Origin: Spirochaetaceae bacterium
Lineage (GTDB): Bacteria > Spirochaetota > Spirochaetia > DSM-2461
Assembly: GCA_051531975.1 (NCBI GenBank)
Contig: JAOPTT010000005.1
Coordinates: 32,001 to 96,000 of the forward strand
Direction of reading: 5' to 3'
DNA length: 64,000 nt
Part shown: piece after piece, positions 39,525-48,799 of the stretch
How positions within the stretch are numbered: position 1 is the first letter of the stretch
Layout: every line of letters starts with the position of its first letter
The notes under the pieces: model-generated
The model's database searches: none
What the model was told of the DNA's origin: nothing
The model's input: the letters and a program-made list of their open reading frames with translations, nothing else
Program-made: the position numbers and the translations under genes

Positions 39525-41462
39525 ATGAAAGAAATAAAAACTATCTCTATAAAAACTATTCTCATGATTGTTGTAGTATTTCTTGGTGCTGTGCCACTTG
39601 TTTCAATGTATACAATTGTCAGTAGTAGTATTAGAGATAACATTCTAAAAAACACAACTGTTCTAACCCAGGGTATTTTAGATCAGGCTCAAAAATATAT
39701 TAATGAAATTTTAAAAGATGTAGATTCATTATCATACGATTTAAGCAACAATAACGAACTACTAAGTTTATTAGAACAAAAGCAGATTTCTGAAAAAAGC
39801 AGTAAAATAATAAGTGATCTAAGGACTCATACTGATACTATTGGAGATTTAGTTTTAATCGATATTGATGCCAGTAATAAATCTTTAATTTTTAATAATA
39901 AGTATCCTAGGGGATTTTTTATGGAAAAAGGATCTACTAAAGAATTTCTTGAATCTCAAAAAGTTAGACTTTTAGAAGAAAATCATGAAAGAAGCTTGTG
40001 GTTAGGAACCCCGCCTAATAATAGTGGATTAAGTGGGTCTATATGGAACTATAGAATTATAGAATCAGATACAAAAATATACATATTAGGTGTATCTATA
40101 GACATTAATATATTAAAAGATCTTCTACATTCAATCGAAGAGTCTACACACTCTGAAGTTAGACTTATCACATCTGATAATGCTATATATCCTCCGGATG
40201 ATAAATTTTTCAATTATAGCTTTGCTCCTAAAAGTCTTAGCCGAAGTAATAAAGGCCGTTTTATTAGTTTTAGTGATAGTAGGTTAAAAAATGGTGATAT
40301 TGAAAAGTTGTTAATTCAGTTATATTCAGATCCTCTTTATTTTTATAACTTAATTGTACTTACACCTGAAAAAAGCTTATTAAGAGGACTTGCTGCTATA
40401 ACAAGAACCACAAATACTGCTCTAATCATTTTAATTTTTCTATCTGTAGTATTAGGATTAATAAGTATCCTGTTTTTACAATATAGAATTAAACAGCTAA
40501 TTACTGGCGTAAAAAGTATATCTATTGGTAGATATCATATATCTCTACCCTATAAAAGACTTGCTATCAAAGAGGATGTTTATTTAACTAATGCAATAAC
40601 AAAGGTAGCTGTCGAAGTAGCAGATAACCGTGAAAAACTTAAACATATAAATGATAACCTTGAAAAACGAGTAGAAGAGAGAACAATCGAATTAAATGTG
40701 ATGAGGGAAAGTCTTATACATTCAGAACAAATGGCAGTTTTAGGGCGACATGCAACTAAAATTGCTCATGAAATTAATAATCCATTAAGTATCTCAATTA
40801 CAGCGTCTTCCCATCTGTCTATGGTAATAAAAGACATTATTGATAATTTCGAAAATGACACTTTGAAAAAATCACAATTATCAGACTTTTCATCATCTGC
40901 TTTAGAAGTTACCGATATGATAGAAACTAATTTAAAAAGAGCATCTGATCTATCTACTAACTTTAAAAACTTTGCATCAGATCAATTTAGTAACGAAGTT
41001 AGAACTATTAATGTTAAAAGTTATATTACTGAAATAATAAAAGGTTATACTTACAAACTAAAAAACGAATCTTATATTATCAATCTTATATGTAAAGAAG
41101 ATCTTTCCATTGATATATATCCTTCTATCTTATATCAGATAATTACAAATCTCATAAATAATAGTATTCTTCACGGATTTGAAAATAGGACGGAAGGCAT
41201 AATAGATCTAATAATCGCTGAACAGAATAATTACATTGAGATAGTGGTAAAAGATAATGGAGTAGGTATTAGTAAAGAAAATATGTTTCAGTTATATCAA
41301 CCTTTCTTTACAACAAAAAATGGTAGTGGTGGTACAGGTCTTGGTTTAAATATAATTAGAGATCTTATTAAAAATAATTTAGAAGGAAATATAGAATGTC
41401 GTAGTACTCTTGGTAAAGGTACCAGCTTTACTATACATTTTCCAAAGGAGACTTCAAAGTGA
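39525..41462 (+). CDS. Membrane sensor histidine kinase
   Basis: Two TMs, AHEINNP, NSILHGF, DNGVG, FFTTK, GTGLG. Confidence 0.9.
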   Translation: MKEIKTISIKTILMIVVVFLGAVPLVSMYTIVSSSIRDNILKNTTVLTQGILDQAQKYINEILKDVDSLSYDLSNNNELLSLLEQKQISEKSSKIISDLRTHTDTIGDLVLIDIDASNKSLIFNNKYPRGFFMEKGSTKEFLESQKVRLLEENHERSLWLGTPPNNSGLSGSIWNYRIIESDTKIYILGVSIDINILKDLLHSIEESTHSEVRLITSDNAIYPPDDKFFNYSFAPKSLSRSNKGRFISFSDSRLKNGDIEKLLIQLYSDPLYFYNLIVLTPEKSLLRGLAAITRTTNTALIILIFLSVVLGLISILFLQYRIKQLITGVKSISIGRYHISLPYKRLAIKEDVYLTNAITKVAVEVADNREKLKHINDNLEKRVEERTIELNVMRESLIHSEQMAVLGRHATKIAHEINNPLSISITASSHLSMVIKDIIDNFENDTLKKSQLSDFSSSALEVTDMIETNLKRASDLSTNFKNFASDQFSNEVRTINVKSYITEIIKGYTYKLKNESYIINLICKEDLSIDIYPSILYQIITNLINNSILHGFENRTEGIIDLIIAEQNNYIEIVVKDNGVGISKENMFQLYQPFFTTKNGSGGTGLGLNIIRDLIKNNLEGNIECRSTLGKGTSFTIHFPKETSK

Positions 41463-42700
41463 AAAAGATTATAGTTCTATCTATTATATTATCCCTATTT
41501 TCCTGTAAAGAAGTTAATAAAGAGAGACCGTCAATTCAATTTCTGCACTATTTTACTGAAAGTCTCTCTTCAGGAATTGATAAATTAGCTGACACTGTAA
41601 ATTCTAATCAAAAGGAATTTAATCTAATCGCAACACCAATGGATCATGAAGAGTTCAAAATTAGTATTAGAACTCAATTAGAGAGCCAATATCCTCCGGA
41701 TCTTTTTACATATTGGGCTGGGTCTAGAACAAAATATTTAGTAGAACATGGTCAAATATCACCGATATCGGATCTATTTAAAACATTAGTAGATCCGTCT
41801 GTATTTGACAAATCAGTTCTTGATGCATGTTCATATAACAGTGAAATATATATGTTACCGATAACTAGACATTATGTAGGATTTTTTTATAATAAAAATC
41901 TTTTTAATAAGTATAATATCGATCCACCTCAGAACTGGGATGGTTTATTAGAGGTTGCTGATATCTTAAAAAACAAGGGAGTAGCCGCTTTTGCTTTAGG
42001 TGCAAAAAATAGGTGGCCAGCTCAATTTTGGTTTGATTTCATTATGTTAAGAACCGCCGGGTTCACATATAGAGAAAAGTTAATGAATAATGGTGGAAAA
42101 TATAATGATCCTGAAGTTCTAAAAACAATGGAAATTTGGAAAGAACTACTAGGAAAAGGTTTTTTTGGTAACAATATGCTGGAAGACGATTGGGATGATG
42201 CTGTTGTTAAAGTATCAACAGGAGAGGTCGCTATGACATTAATGGGAACATGGACAATTCCTGTGTTAGAGAGAGAGGGACAAGAACCAAATGTTGATTA
42301 TGGATTCTTCCGGTTTCCAGTAATTGATCCTTCCATCGATATAGCTTCATTAGGACCAATTGATGGTGTTTTACTTTCTAGTGGATCAAAAAAACATGGG
42401 TTATCAAAAGAAGTTCTAGTGGCATTTACAAAAGCTGGGGCTCAGGAGTCTTTTAATAGGGATTCAGGGGCAATTGCACCATTAGTTAATGTTAATGATA
42501 ATATATATAATCCAATACAGTTACAGATCAAAGAGTATATTTCCCAGAGTAAAAACTGGGCATTTAATTATGACTTAGCAGCTTCACCAGTAGTCTCAGA
42601 AGCTGGGCTGGATTTTTTTGTAGACTTTCTAGATAATCCAGAACAATATCCTGAACTCTTAGAATCTTTAGAAGTGTTTAGAAGTGAAAATACAAAATAA
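41459..42700 (+). CDS. Extracellular solute-binding lipoprotein (sugar SBP family)
   Basis: LFSC lipobox, PPDLFTYW, FYNKNLF, PPQNWD, AMTLMGTW. Confidence 0.85.
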   Translation: MKKIIVLSIILSLFSCKEVNKERPSIQFLHYFTESLSSGIDKLADTVNSNQKEFNLIATPMDHEEFKISIRTQLESQYPPDLFTYWAGSRTKYLVEHGQISPISDLFKTLVDPSVFDKSVLDACSYNSEIYMLPITRHYVGFFYNKNLFNKYNIDPPQNWDGLLEVADILKNKGVAAFALGAKNRWPAQFWFDFIMLRTAGFTYREKLMNNGGKYNDPEVLKTMEIWKELLGKGFFGNNMLEDDWDDAVVKVSTGEVAMTLMGTWTIPVLEREGQEPNVDYGFFRFPVIDPSIDIASLGPIDGVLLSSGSKKHGLSKEVLVAFTKAGAQESFNRDSGAIAPLVNVNDNIYNPIQLQIKEYISQSKNWAFNYDLAASPVVSEAGLDFFVDFLDNPEQYPELLESLEVFRSENTK

Positions 42701-42702
42701 TA

Positions 42703-43410
42703 TTATAGATTTAATTTTTTGCAGGAACAGTCAAATGGTGCACATTTCACTTCAACTTTTAGAGGATATAGTTTAGAGAATATTAATAAAGCTGATAACG
42801 CTCCTAATGTTTCTACAATAGTATAAAGTATTGCTGATACTGGGGATATGCCACATATAGCATATGTAAATATTCTAGCAAATGAGACTGCAGGATTTGC
42901 ATACATATTACTTGATGAGACTAGAATCATACCTCCAACTAATAACCCAATAACTAAAGAAGTATATTTAGACTTTCCTCGAACTAAGGATATAATTGCT
43001 CCCATTAATATAAATGTACATATAAATTCCGATAAAAGTTTAGGTGGAGTTATTAGAGTTTCTGATACTGATAATATTATAGGATTCACATCAAAAAATA
43101 TTAAATTAGTAATAATTATACCTATAAATGCTCCTGATAACTGAGCTAAAATATAAAGCCCAGCTTTCTTTTTATTCATTTCACCTGCAACAAACAATGA
43201 TATTGTTACAGCAGGATTAAAATGACTTCCAGAGAGGGGAGCAAACATCTCAATAAGACAAAATAGAACAAACGCAACAGCTATGCCATTAATAAAAACA
43301 GTTATATATATTGGTGCACCAAATACAAAGTCAGCTAAAATTGTAGAACCAATTGCTGTTAATACAAGAAATAGAGTTCCTAAAAATTCTGATATTATAT
43401 TTTTGCTCAT
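42703..43410 (-). CDS. MIP/aquaporin channel, AqpS-like
   Basis: EFLGT, SGSHFNPAVT, YANPAVSFAR; Cys-rich tail CAPFDCSC. Confidence 0.85.
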   Translation of the reverse strand: MSKNIISEFLGTLFLVLTAIGSTILADFVFGAPIYITVFINGIAVAFVLFCLIEMFAPLSGSHFNPAVTISLFVAGEMNKKKAGLYILAQLSGAFIGIIITNLIFFDVNPIILSVSETLITPPKLLSEFICTFILMGAIISLVRGKSKYTSLVIGLLVGGMILVSSSNMYANPAVSFARIFTYAICGISPVSAILYTIVETLGALSALLIFSKLYPLKVEVKCAPFDCSCKKLNL

Positions 43411-43420
43411 TTTCATCATC

Positions 43421-44341
43421 CTATACTGTATGATCTTTCTTAAAATTATCCCAACTACTCTCAAGTTCTTCCATATATGTTGCGATTAAAATAATAGTTA
43501 TTCCAGTATCTTGTTTCTTTTCTTCTGTAATCTCTTCAAGTTCTATTACTCCGTTATTATTACTTATATAATAATGGTCTGTACCAAATGAATAAAAACC
43601 TTTAATTCGAAGAGTTGTGGGAATAATTGAATTTAAATATTTAATAAATTCATCTTTAGGCAGATCTAATTGTGGTAAATTCAGACTAGAAGGTCTGTTT
43701 GATTTTGTATTACATGATGTGGCTGCACCATCTGGCATAAATTCTTTAGAATCCATTGATTTATAGTCAAATTCACAGTAGTTAGTAAATTCTAATCTTG
43801 CGGTCGAGTTCGTTCGTGCCATAACAGTTGTTATTTCATTTCTAATCTCTTCTGTTACTAAGTCACACTTATTTAATAGAATTGTATTAGATGACTCAAT
43901 TTGTCTATCTACAAAGGTCATATGTTTTCGTAATTTAAGTACATTAGTACAATCAGAAACACATAAAACATGTTTAATATTAAAAGCATCCCATAATTTA
44001 TATTCACCTAAAAGTCTTGCCATACTACTAGGATCTGACATTCCTGATGTCTCTATAAAAAGAATATCTGGAGCTTCTTTAATAAAAAATTGAAGCCCCA
44101 TAACAAAATCTGCAGTTAAACATGAACAAAAAATAGATCCATTCCCAATTTCATAAATTTTATTTTTGGGATCGGTACTGTTATTTCTAACAATACTTCC
44201 ATCTATTGGAACTTTACCAAAATCGTTTACTAAGAGACCTATTTTTTGGTCACTATAGGAAGTAACTAATTTATTTAAAAGTGTGGTTTTACCAGCTCCT
44301 AAGAAGCCTGTTATAATAACAATATCAATTTTTTTGTCCAT
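43421..44341 (-). CDS. CobW/COG0523 P-loop GTPase metallochaperone
   Basis: TGFLGAGKTT, NDFG, GSIFCSC, ETSG, NKCD, RIKG. Confidence 0.9.
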   Translation of the reverse strand: MDKKIDIVIITGFLGAGKTTLLNKLVTSYSDQKIGLLVNDFGKVPIDGSIVRNNSTDPKNKIYEIGNGSIFCSCLTADFVMGLQFFIKEAPDILFIETSGMSDPSSMARLLGEYKLWDAFNIKHVLCVSDCTNVLKLRKHMTFVDRQIESSNTILLNKCDLVTEEIRNEITTVMARTNSTARLEFTNYCEFDYKSMDSKEFMPDGAATSCNTKSNRPSSLNLPQLDLPKDEFIKYLNSIIPTTLRIKGFYSFGTDHYYISNNNGVIELEEITEEKKQDTGITIILIATYMEELESSWDNFKKDHTV

Positions 44342-44356
44342 GTTTTTTCTCCAGGG

Positions 44357-45703
44357 TTATAATTTCATGTTAATTGCTTTTGATAATTCATCTCTATTTG
44401 GAATTAAAGAGATAAACTCTACATCCCCGTTAATACAAATTGTAGGTAAGTTAGCAACACCTAGTTTACCTAGACGAATAATATTTTCTTTCTCAGTAAT
44501 TTTTCGTTCTATAATTTCAACTTTATCACCAAAAATAGCTGTCATATCATCTGCTGCTGCTTTCATGTAACCACAAGCTGCACAAGTTGCAGAGTCAATT
44601 GTTAAAACCTCGATCATAATTTTATCTAAGTTTTCATAATCTGGCATTTCGATATCAAAGTTTAAGTCATCTCTTACATAAGATTCTAAGAAAGTTCTAG
44701 TATTTTCAACATCTTGAACAGCCTGACCAATTCCAATAACATTTTCAATTGGAGTATCGTATGGCATGTCACAACCAGGTGCTAATATAAAGTTTGAATC
44801 ACCCATCTGATCAATTTTTTCGATTGCTGCTTTTTGACAATCTTTTTGGTTTCCAAGTAACATACAAACAGTTAACTGGATATTTCCACTTAATACTTTA
44901 CCATATTTGTCAGTAACTTTTTTAGCTGCTACTAAGTCGATATTTTCGTCGATACTAAGACAATCAGCTCCAGTTTCACACATTACTGCTAAGTTTTTAG
45001 TTGCATCACCACAAACAAAGAATGATGATAATGTTTCTTTTTCTCTTAAATGATCAAAGATCTTTTTATATGGAGCAGATATGAACTCTGCAAATGAGTC
45101 AGGTGAAATCTGAGATACTAAAGGATCAACTGCACCAATAACATCCATTCCTGCTTCAATAAAATAGTCTGACATTGCTATAAAAACATCGGCACAGTAG
45201 TCTAAAAGTGCTATTACATAATCAGGATCATCGTACATATCCATAAAAATGTTAGTTGATCTTAAGTGAGAAGCTAATGTAAAAGGTCCACAAGCTAAAC
45301 CATAAAGAGCTGTTGTATCACCAACAGATGCCTTCATTCTTTTCATAACATCTAAAATCATTGGGATTCTTCCCTCTGTTTTAGTTGGAATTTTAGTTGG
45401 AATTACTTTTGAATCTGCTAATGGGTGAGATTTTACTGTTGGTGGAGCATCGTTTGCCCAAAGTAGTTCACAATCTAATATTTCAGCTTCTACTTGTAAA
45501 TCAAATATAACTGGCATTCCATCAGGACTATACTGTTTATGAGACTCCATTAAACATTCATATAGTTTATCTGCATCTTTTAATAACTCTGTTGCAGTGT
45601 AATCTTTGAATTTACCTACCTGTATTCCTGTATATGGAACCCATGGAGTTCTTTCCAGCTTCTCGTTTCTAAATGCACTATAAATTAGTTCTTTTCCGTT
45701 CAT
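44357..45703 (-). CDS. MtaA/CmuA (URO-D fold) methyltransferase fused to C-terminal thioredoxin-like domain
   Basis: FDLQVEAE, GPFTLASHLR, FVCGD, GNI, LAPGCDMP; C-terminal TCAACGYM...LPTICING...IP. Confidence 0.82.
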   Translation of the reverse strand: MNGKELIYSAFRNEKLERTPWVPYTGIQVGKFKDYTATELLKDADKLYECLMESHKQYSPDGMPVIFDLQVEAEILDCELLWANDAPPTVKSHPLADSKVIPTKIPTKTEGRIPMILDVMKRMKASVGDTTALYGLACGPFTLASHLRSTNIFMDMYDDPDYVIALLDYCADVFIAMSDYFIEAGMDVIGAVDPLVSQISPDSFAEFISAPYKKIFDHLREKETLSSFFVCGDATKNLAVMCETGADCLSIDENIDLVAAKKVTDKYGKVLSGNIQLTVCMLLGNQKDCQKAAIEKIDQMGDSNFILAPGCDMPYDTPIENVIGIGQAVQDVENTRTFLESYVRDDLNFDIEMPDYENLDKIMIEVLTIDSATCAACGYMKAAADDMTAIFGDKVEIIERKITEKENIIRLGKLGVANLPTICINGDVEFISLIPNRDELSKAINMKL

Positions 45704-45826
45704 TTTTTTCCCCTTGGTTGCATAGGCATGGTAATCATTAGTGTCGACCAGCCTATTCGTTGATGATTAAATGTACCCCTAATTTAGTGGGAAATATTGA
45801 ACTAATTTACGACTTTTTGTTATTTT

Positions 45827-47116
45827 TTAATGAATTTCCTGATTTGTACTAAGTATTTTACCTCTTCTGTCTCTAAATTTACCAGGAGAGATCCCTGATA
45901 ATTTTTTAAAAACCTTACTAAAATAACTCTGATCTTCGTATCCTACTAAACCTGCAATATCTATTAACTGTATATCACTACTCTCAAGTAGGCTTTTACT
46001 TTTATCTATTCGTAATGTATTTAAATAATTTTTAAACGATATATTCATCTCTTCTTTAAATATTTTACTAAAATACGCAGGACTTAGGTAAACATGGCTT
46101 GCTACATCTTCTAAAGTTACCTTTTCTGTATAGTGTTCAAAAAGGTATTGTATAGACTTATAAATTGCATCGGCATGTTTTACTTTATCTAAGTCAAATA
46201 CAAAATCTATAAATCTAACCATTATTTTAGTTAACCAGTTGCATAAAGTCTCAATATTTTTAAATTGATTTATCTCTTTTAAATAGTTAAAGTTAAGACC
46301 AAATATCTGTTCTACGTTTGCTCCACCATCCATTGCAGCCCTCGATAGAAGTACTACAAGTTCAAGGATTCTAGACTTCATAATATCAAAATTTTGCCCT
46401 GTATTAAAAAATAGTTCACCTAATATCTCATTTAATAGCTTCTGTGCACCTTTTTTATCACCCTTTGATATTAATCTTAATAACTCTTTCTCTTTTTCTA
46501 TAGAGTATTTAGTTTCTGTAATACCTTGATCTTTAAGATTATGAATGTATTCAGATATTTGTGATTGTTGTGAACTTTCAAACTGTTCAGTAGCATATTT
46601 ATTTATATCTAAGTTAGATAACATAGAGGATGTTGCTAATAGTTGTTCTGATAAGGCTGTAGCTCTTTTAGGACTAAGTAGTGGTATTTTTCCAATAATA
46701 CCTCTCATCTTTGTAATCTGTTCACTATTTAAAGATACATCTTTAAGAATTTCGTCGGCAAAATATTCGTCATGGTTAATTAAAAGAACAGGACCACCAA
46801 CTAAAGCACCTCTAACAATTCCCTTTATAAGGATAGGAGCAGTAAAGTGTGTAAGTGATAAAGGACAAAAATATGTATATTTTCCACCAAAACGAAGGGC
46901 ATTATCACTTCCATATAGGTGGGCTTGTCTGCAATTTATCTCTTTACCTGTATAATGGTTTAATACAGTACAAAAAGTACATGAACTAGGGGCTACTCCC
47001 TGTGCACCTATTGTTTCTCCATTCTCGTTTGTTAGAAAACATTTAATACCTGTGGCAATCTCAAAGTCTTTTGCAGCTTTTAAAGCCTTAGTTATATCAA
47101 TACCATCTTGCCCCAT
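45827..47116 (-). CDS. PocR-sensor + AraC HTH transcriptional regulator
   Basis: N-terminal ATGI, CTFC, C, YFCPLSL..APIL..GGPV PocR pattern; YLSPAYFSKIFK, GYEDQSYFSKVFKK. Confidence 0.88.
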   Translation of the reverse strand: MGQDGIDITKALKAAKDFEIATGIKCFLTNENGETIGAQGVAPSSCTFCTVLNHYTGKEINCRQAHLYGSDNALRFGGKYTYFCPLSLTHFTAPILIKGIVRGALVGGPVLLINHDEYFADEILKDVSLNSEQITKMRGIIGKIPLLSPKRATALSEQLLATSSMLSNLDINKYATEQFESSQQSQISEYIHNLKDQGITETKYSIEKEKELLRLISKGDKKGAQKLLNEILGELFFNTGQNFDIMKSRILELVVLLSRAAMDGGANVEQIFGLNFNYLKEINQFKNIETLCNWLTKIMVRFIDFVFDLDKVKHADAIYKSIQYLFEHYTEKVTLEDVASHVYLSPAYFSKIFKEEMNISFKNYLNTLRIDKSKSLLESSDIQLIDIAGLVGYEDQSYFSKVFKKLSGISPGKFRDRRGKILSTNQEIH

Positions 47117-47261
47117 AATTGTAACCTATCTCCCTGTTCTTAATTACTCTATATTAGAGCATAGAATCTATACTAGATATAAATTTATAGAGATTTTTTG
47201 TAAAAAAGTACAAAAATTAGTAATATTTTCAAATACCGGAACATTATGAGCTTATATACTT

Positions 47262-47405
47262 TAAACATATAACAAACAGATATACTACAAAGGAAATGAG
47301 GTTAGATTCCTCTACGAGCCCGTCACTGTAATGGGGGACAACACTGAGATTACCACTGGTTTACCGGGAAGGCTCAGTAAAGATTGATCCCAAGTCAGGA
47401 AACTT
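47262..47405 (+). ncRNA. Cobalamin riboswitch
   Basis: AGGAAATGAGGTTAGATTCCTC...GCCCGTCACTGTAA...CCACTGG...CCGGGAAGG...B12-box AAGTCAGGAAACT; 5' boundary approximate. Confidence 0.88.
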
Positions 47406-47471
47406 TGGTATATGAAATTAGCAAGATGATTTCGTGGTTCTAGATCATTGCATATTAAAATAGGAGATTAT

Positions 47472-48104
47472 ATGGCTGATTTTGAAAAAATATCATTAGC
47501 ACTACAAAAAGGTAAAGCAAAAGAAGTAACTGAGATGGTAGCAGCAGCGATTGCTGAGGGTATAAGTGCCGAAGTAATTTTAAACAAAGGACTTATGTCA
47601 GGAATGAGTATTATTGGAGAGAAATTCAAAAATAATGAAGTTTATGTACCTGAAGTATTAATTGCAGCAAGGGCTATGAACCAGGGTGCAGCATTATTAA
47701 AACCTCTTTTAATTGAAGATGGAGTTGAAGCTGTTGGTAAAGTTCTTTTAGGTACTGTAAAAGGTGACTTACATGATATTGGTAAAAACCTTGTTAGAAT
47801 GATGATGGAAGGAAAAGGTCTAGAAGTTATCGATCTTGGTACTGACGTTTCTGCACAGCAGTTTTTAGATGCTTCTAAAGAGCACGGTGTTAATGTAATT
47901 GCATGTTCAGCACTTTTAACAACAACAATGAAAGAGATGGAAGCTGTTGTTAAGTTATTTGAAGCAGAAGGAATTAGAGCCAATACTAAAATAATGGTTG
48001 GTGGAGCCCCAGTTACACAAAACTATTGTGAATCTATTGGTGCAGATATCTATACTGCAGATGCAGCATCTGCAGCAACAGCCGCAGTAGAAATATTTCA
48101 ATAA
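47472..48104 (+). CDS. Corrinoid protein (MtaC/MtbC-type B12-binding)
   Basis: EVYVPEVLIAA cap, VKGDLHDIGKNLV (DxHxxG), SALLTTT, MVGGAPV. Confidence 0.95.
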   Translation: MADFEKISLALQKGKAKEVTEMVAAAIAEGISAEVILNKGLMSGMSIIGEKFKNNEVYVPEVLIAARAMNQGAALLKPLLIEDGVEAVGKVLLGTVKGDLHDIGKNLVRMMMEGKGLEVIDLGTDVSAQQFLDASKEHGVNVIACSALLTTTMKEMEAVVKLFEAEGIRANTKIMVGGAPVTQNYCESIGADIYTADAASAATAAVEIFQ

Positions 48105-48115
48105 ATATATTTAAA

Positions 48116-48139
48116 TAAGCTCCAGGAAACTGGAGCTTA
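48116..48139. terminator. Bidirectional terminator hairpin
   Basis: TAAGCTCCAG-GAAA-CTGGAGCTTA between convergent genes. Confidence 0.75.
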
Positions 48140-48799
48140 CATTATCGATCCATCGTGGATTATTCTTCTATTTTGACAATCTGTATTAGAACATTCTAGA
48201 CAACTAACAAAATCTTTATCTGATTCAAAAATAATACCTGAGACTGTTTTATTTGGTGACATTAATAAACTTTCTGATAGGGTAACTCCAATATTTTCTG
48301 TTATATTTGGAAACAGATTAAATAACTTCTTTTGGTCAGTAAAATCCCAACCATCACCACAGACATCAGACCCAGGATTCATCGAGTATAGTTTATCTAT
48401 TTTGTATTTGGATTTTATATAATCTCTAAAATAGTCAAAAGCACTATCCATTGCCATCTGTTTTATAGCATCTAACCAATATTCAGCTAACATATCATTT
48501 TTGTAATCTTCTAGGTTTTCTAATCCGGTACCACATGTAACAATATATGGGAAAACAATACTGTTATCCTGAAGTTTTTTTGTTAGAACTTCATCTTTAA
48601 AAATTTGAGACCCAATTGTTATAATATTTTCTTCTGGAGTAATTTTTGATTCTATAAATATAGCTTTTGCAGACACAAGAGGTATCACATTTTTTAACAG
48701 TTCCTCTATTTCATCTTCCATACCTTCATATAGTTCAATTTTTACTCTTCTATTAAATTCCTTAATATTAAATTCAAATGGTATTTCTAGTATCTTCAT
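48137..48799 (-). CDS. Stand-alone methionine synthase activation-domain-like protein
   Basis: VTCG, YWLDAI, MNPGS, IGVTLSESLLMSPNKTVSG, terminal CxxC-x4-C. Confidence 0.75.
   Translation of the reverse strand: MKILEIPFEFNIKEFNRRVKIELYEGMEDEIEELLKNVIPLVSAKAIFIESKITPEENIITIGSQIFKDEVLTKKLQDNSIVFPYIVTCGTGLENLEDYKNDMLAEYWLDAIKQMAMDSAFDYFRDYIKSKYKIDKLYSMNPGSDVCGDGWDFTDQKKLFNLFPNITENIGVTLSESLLMSPNKTVSGIIFESDKDFVSCLECSNTDCQNRRIIHDGSIM

Noticed and set aside
47472..48104. HgcA-type mercury methylase
   Set aside because: Lacks the N(V/I)WCA(A/G)GK cap helix and TM domain; has a standard DxHxxG motif; no hgcB.
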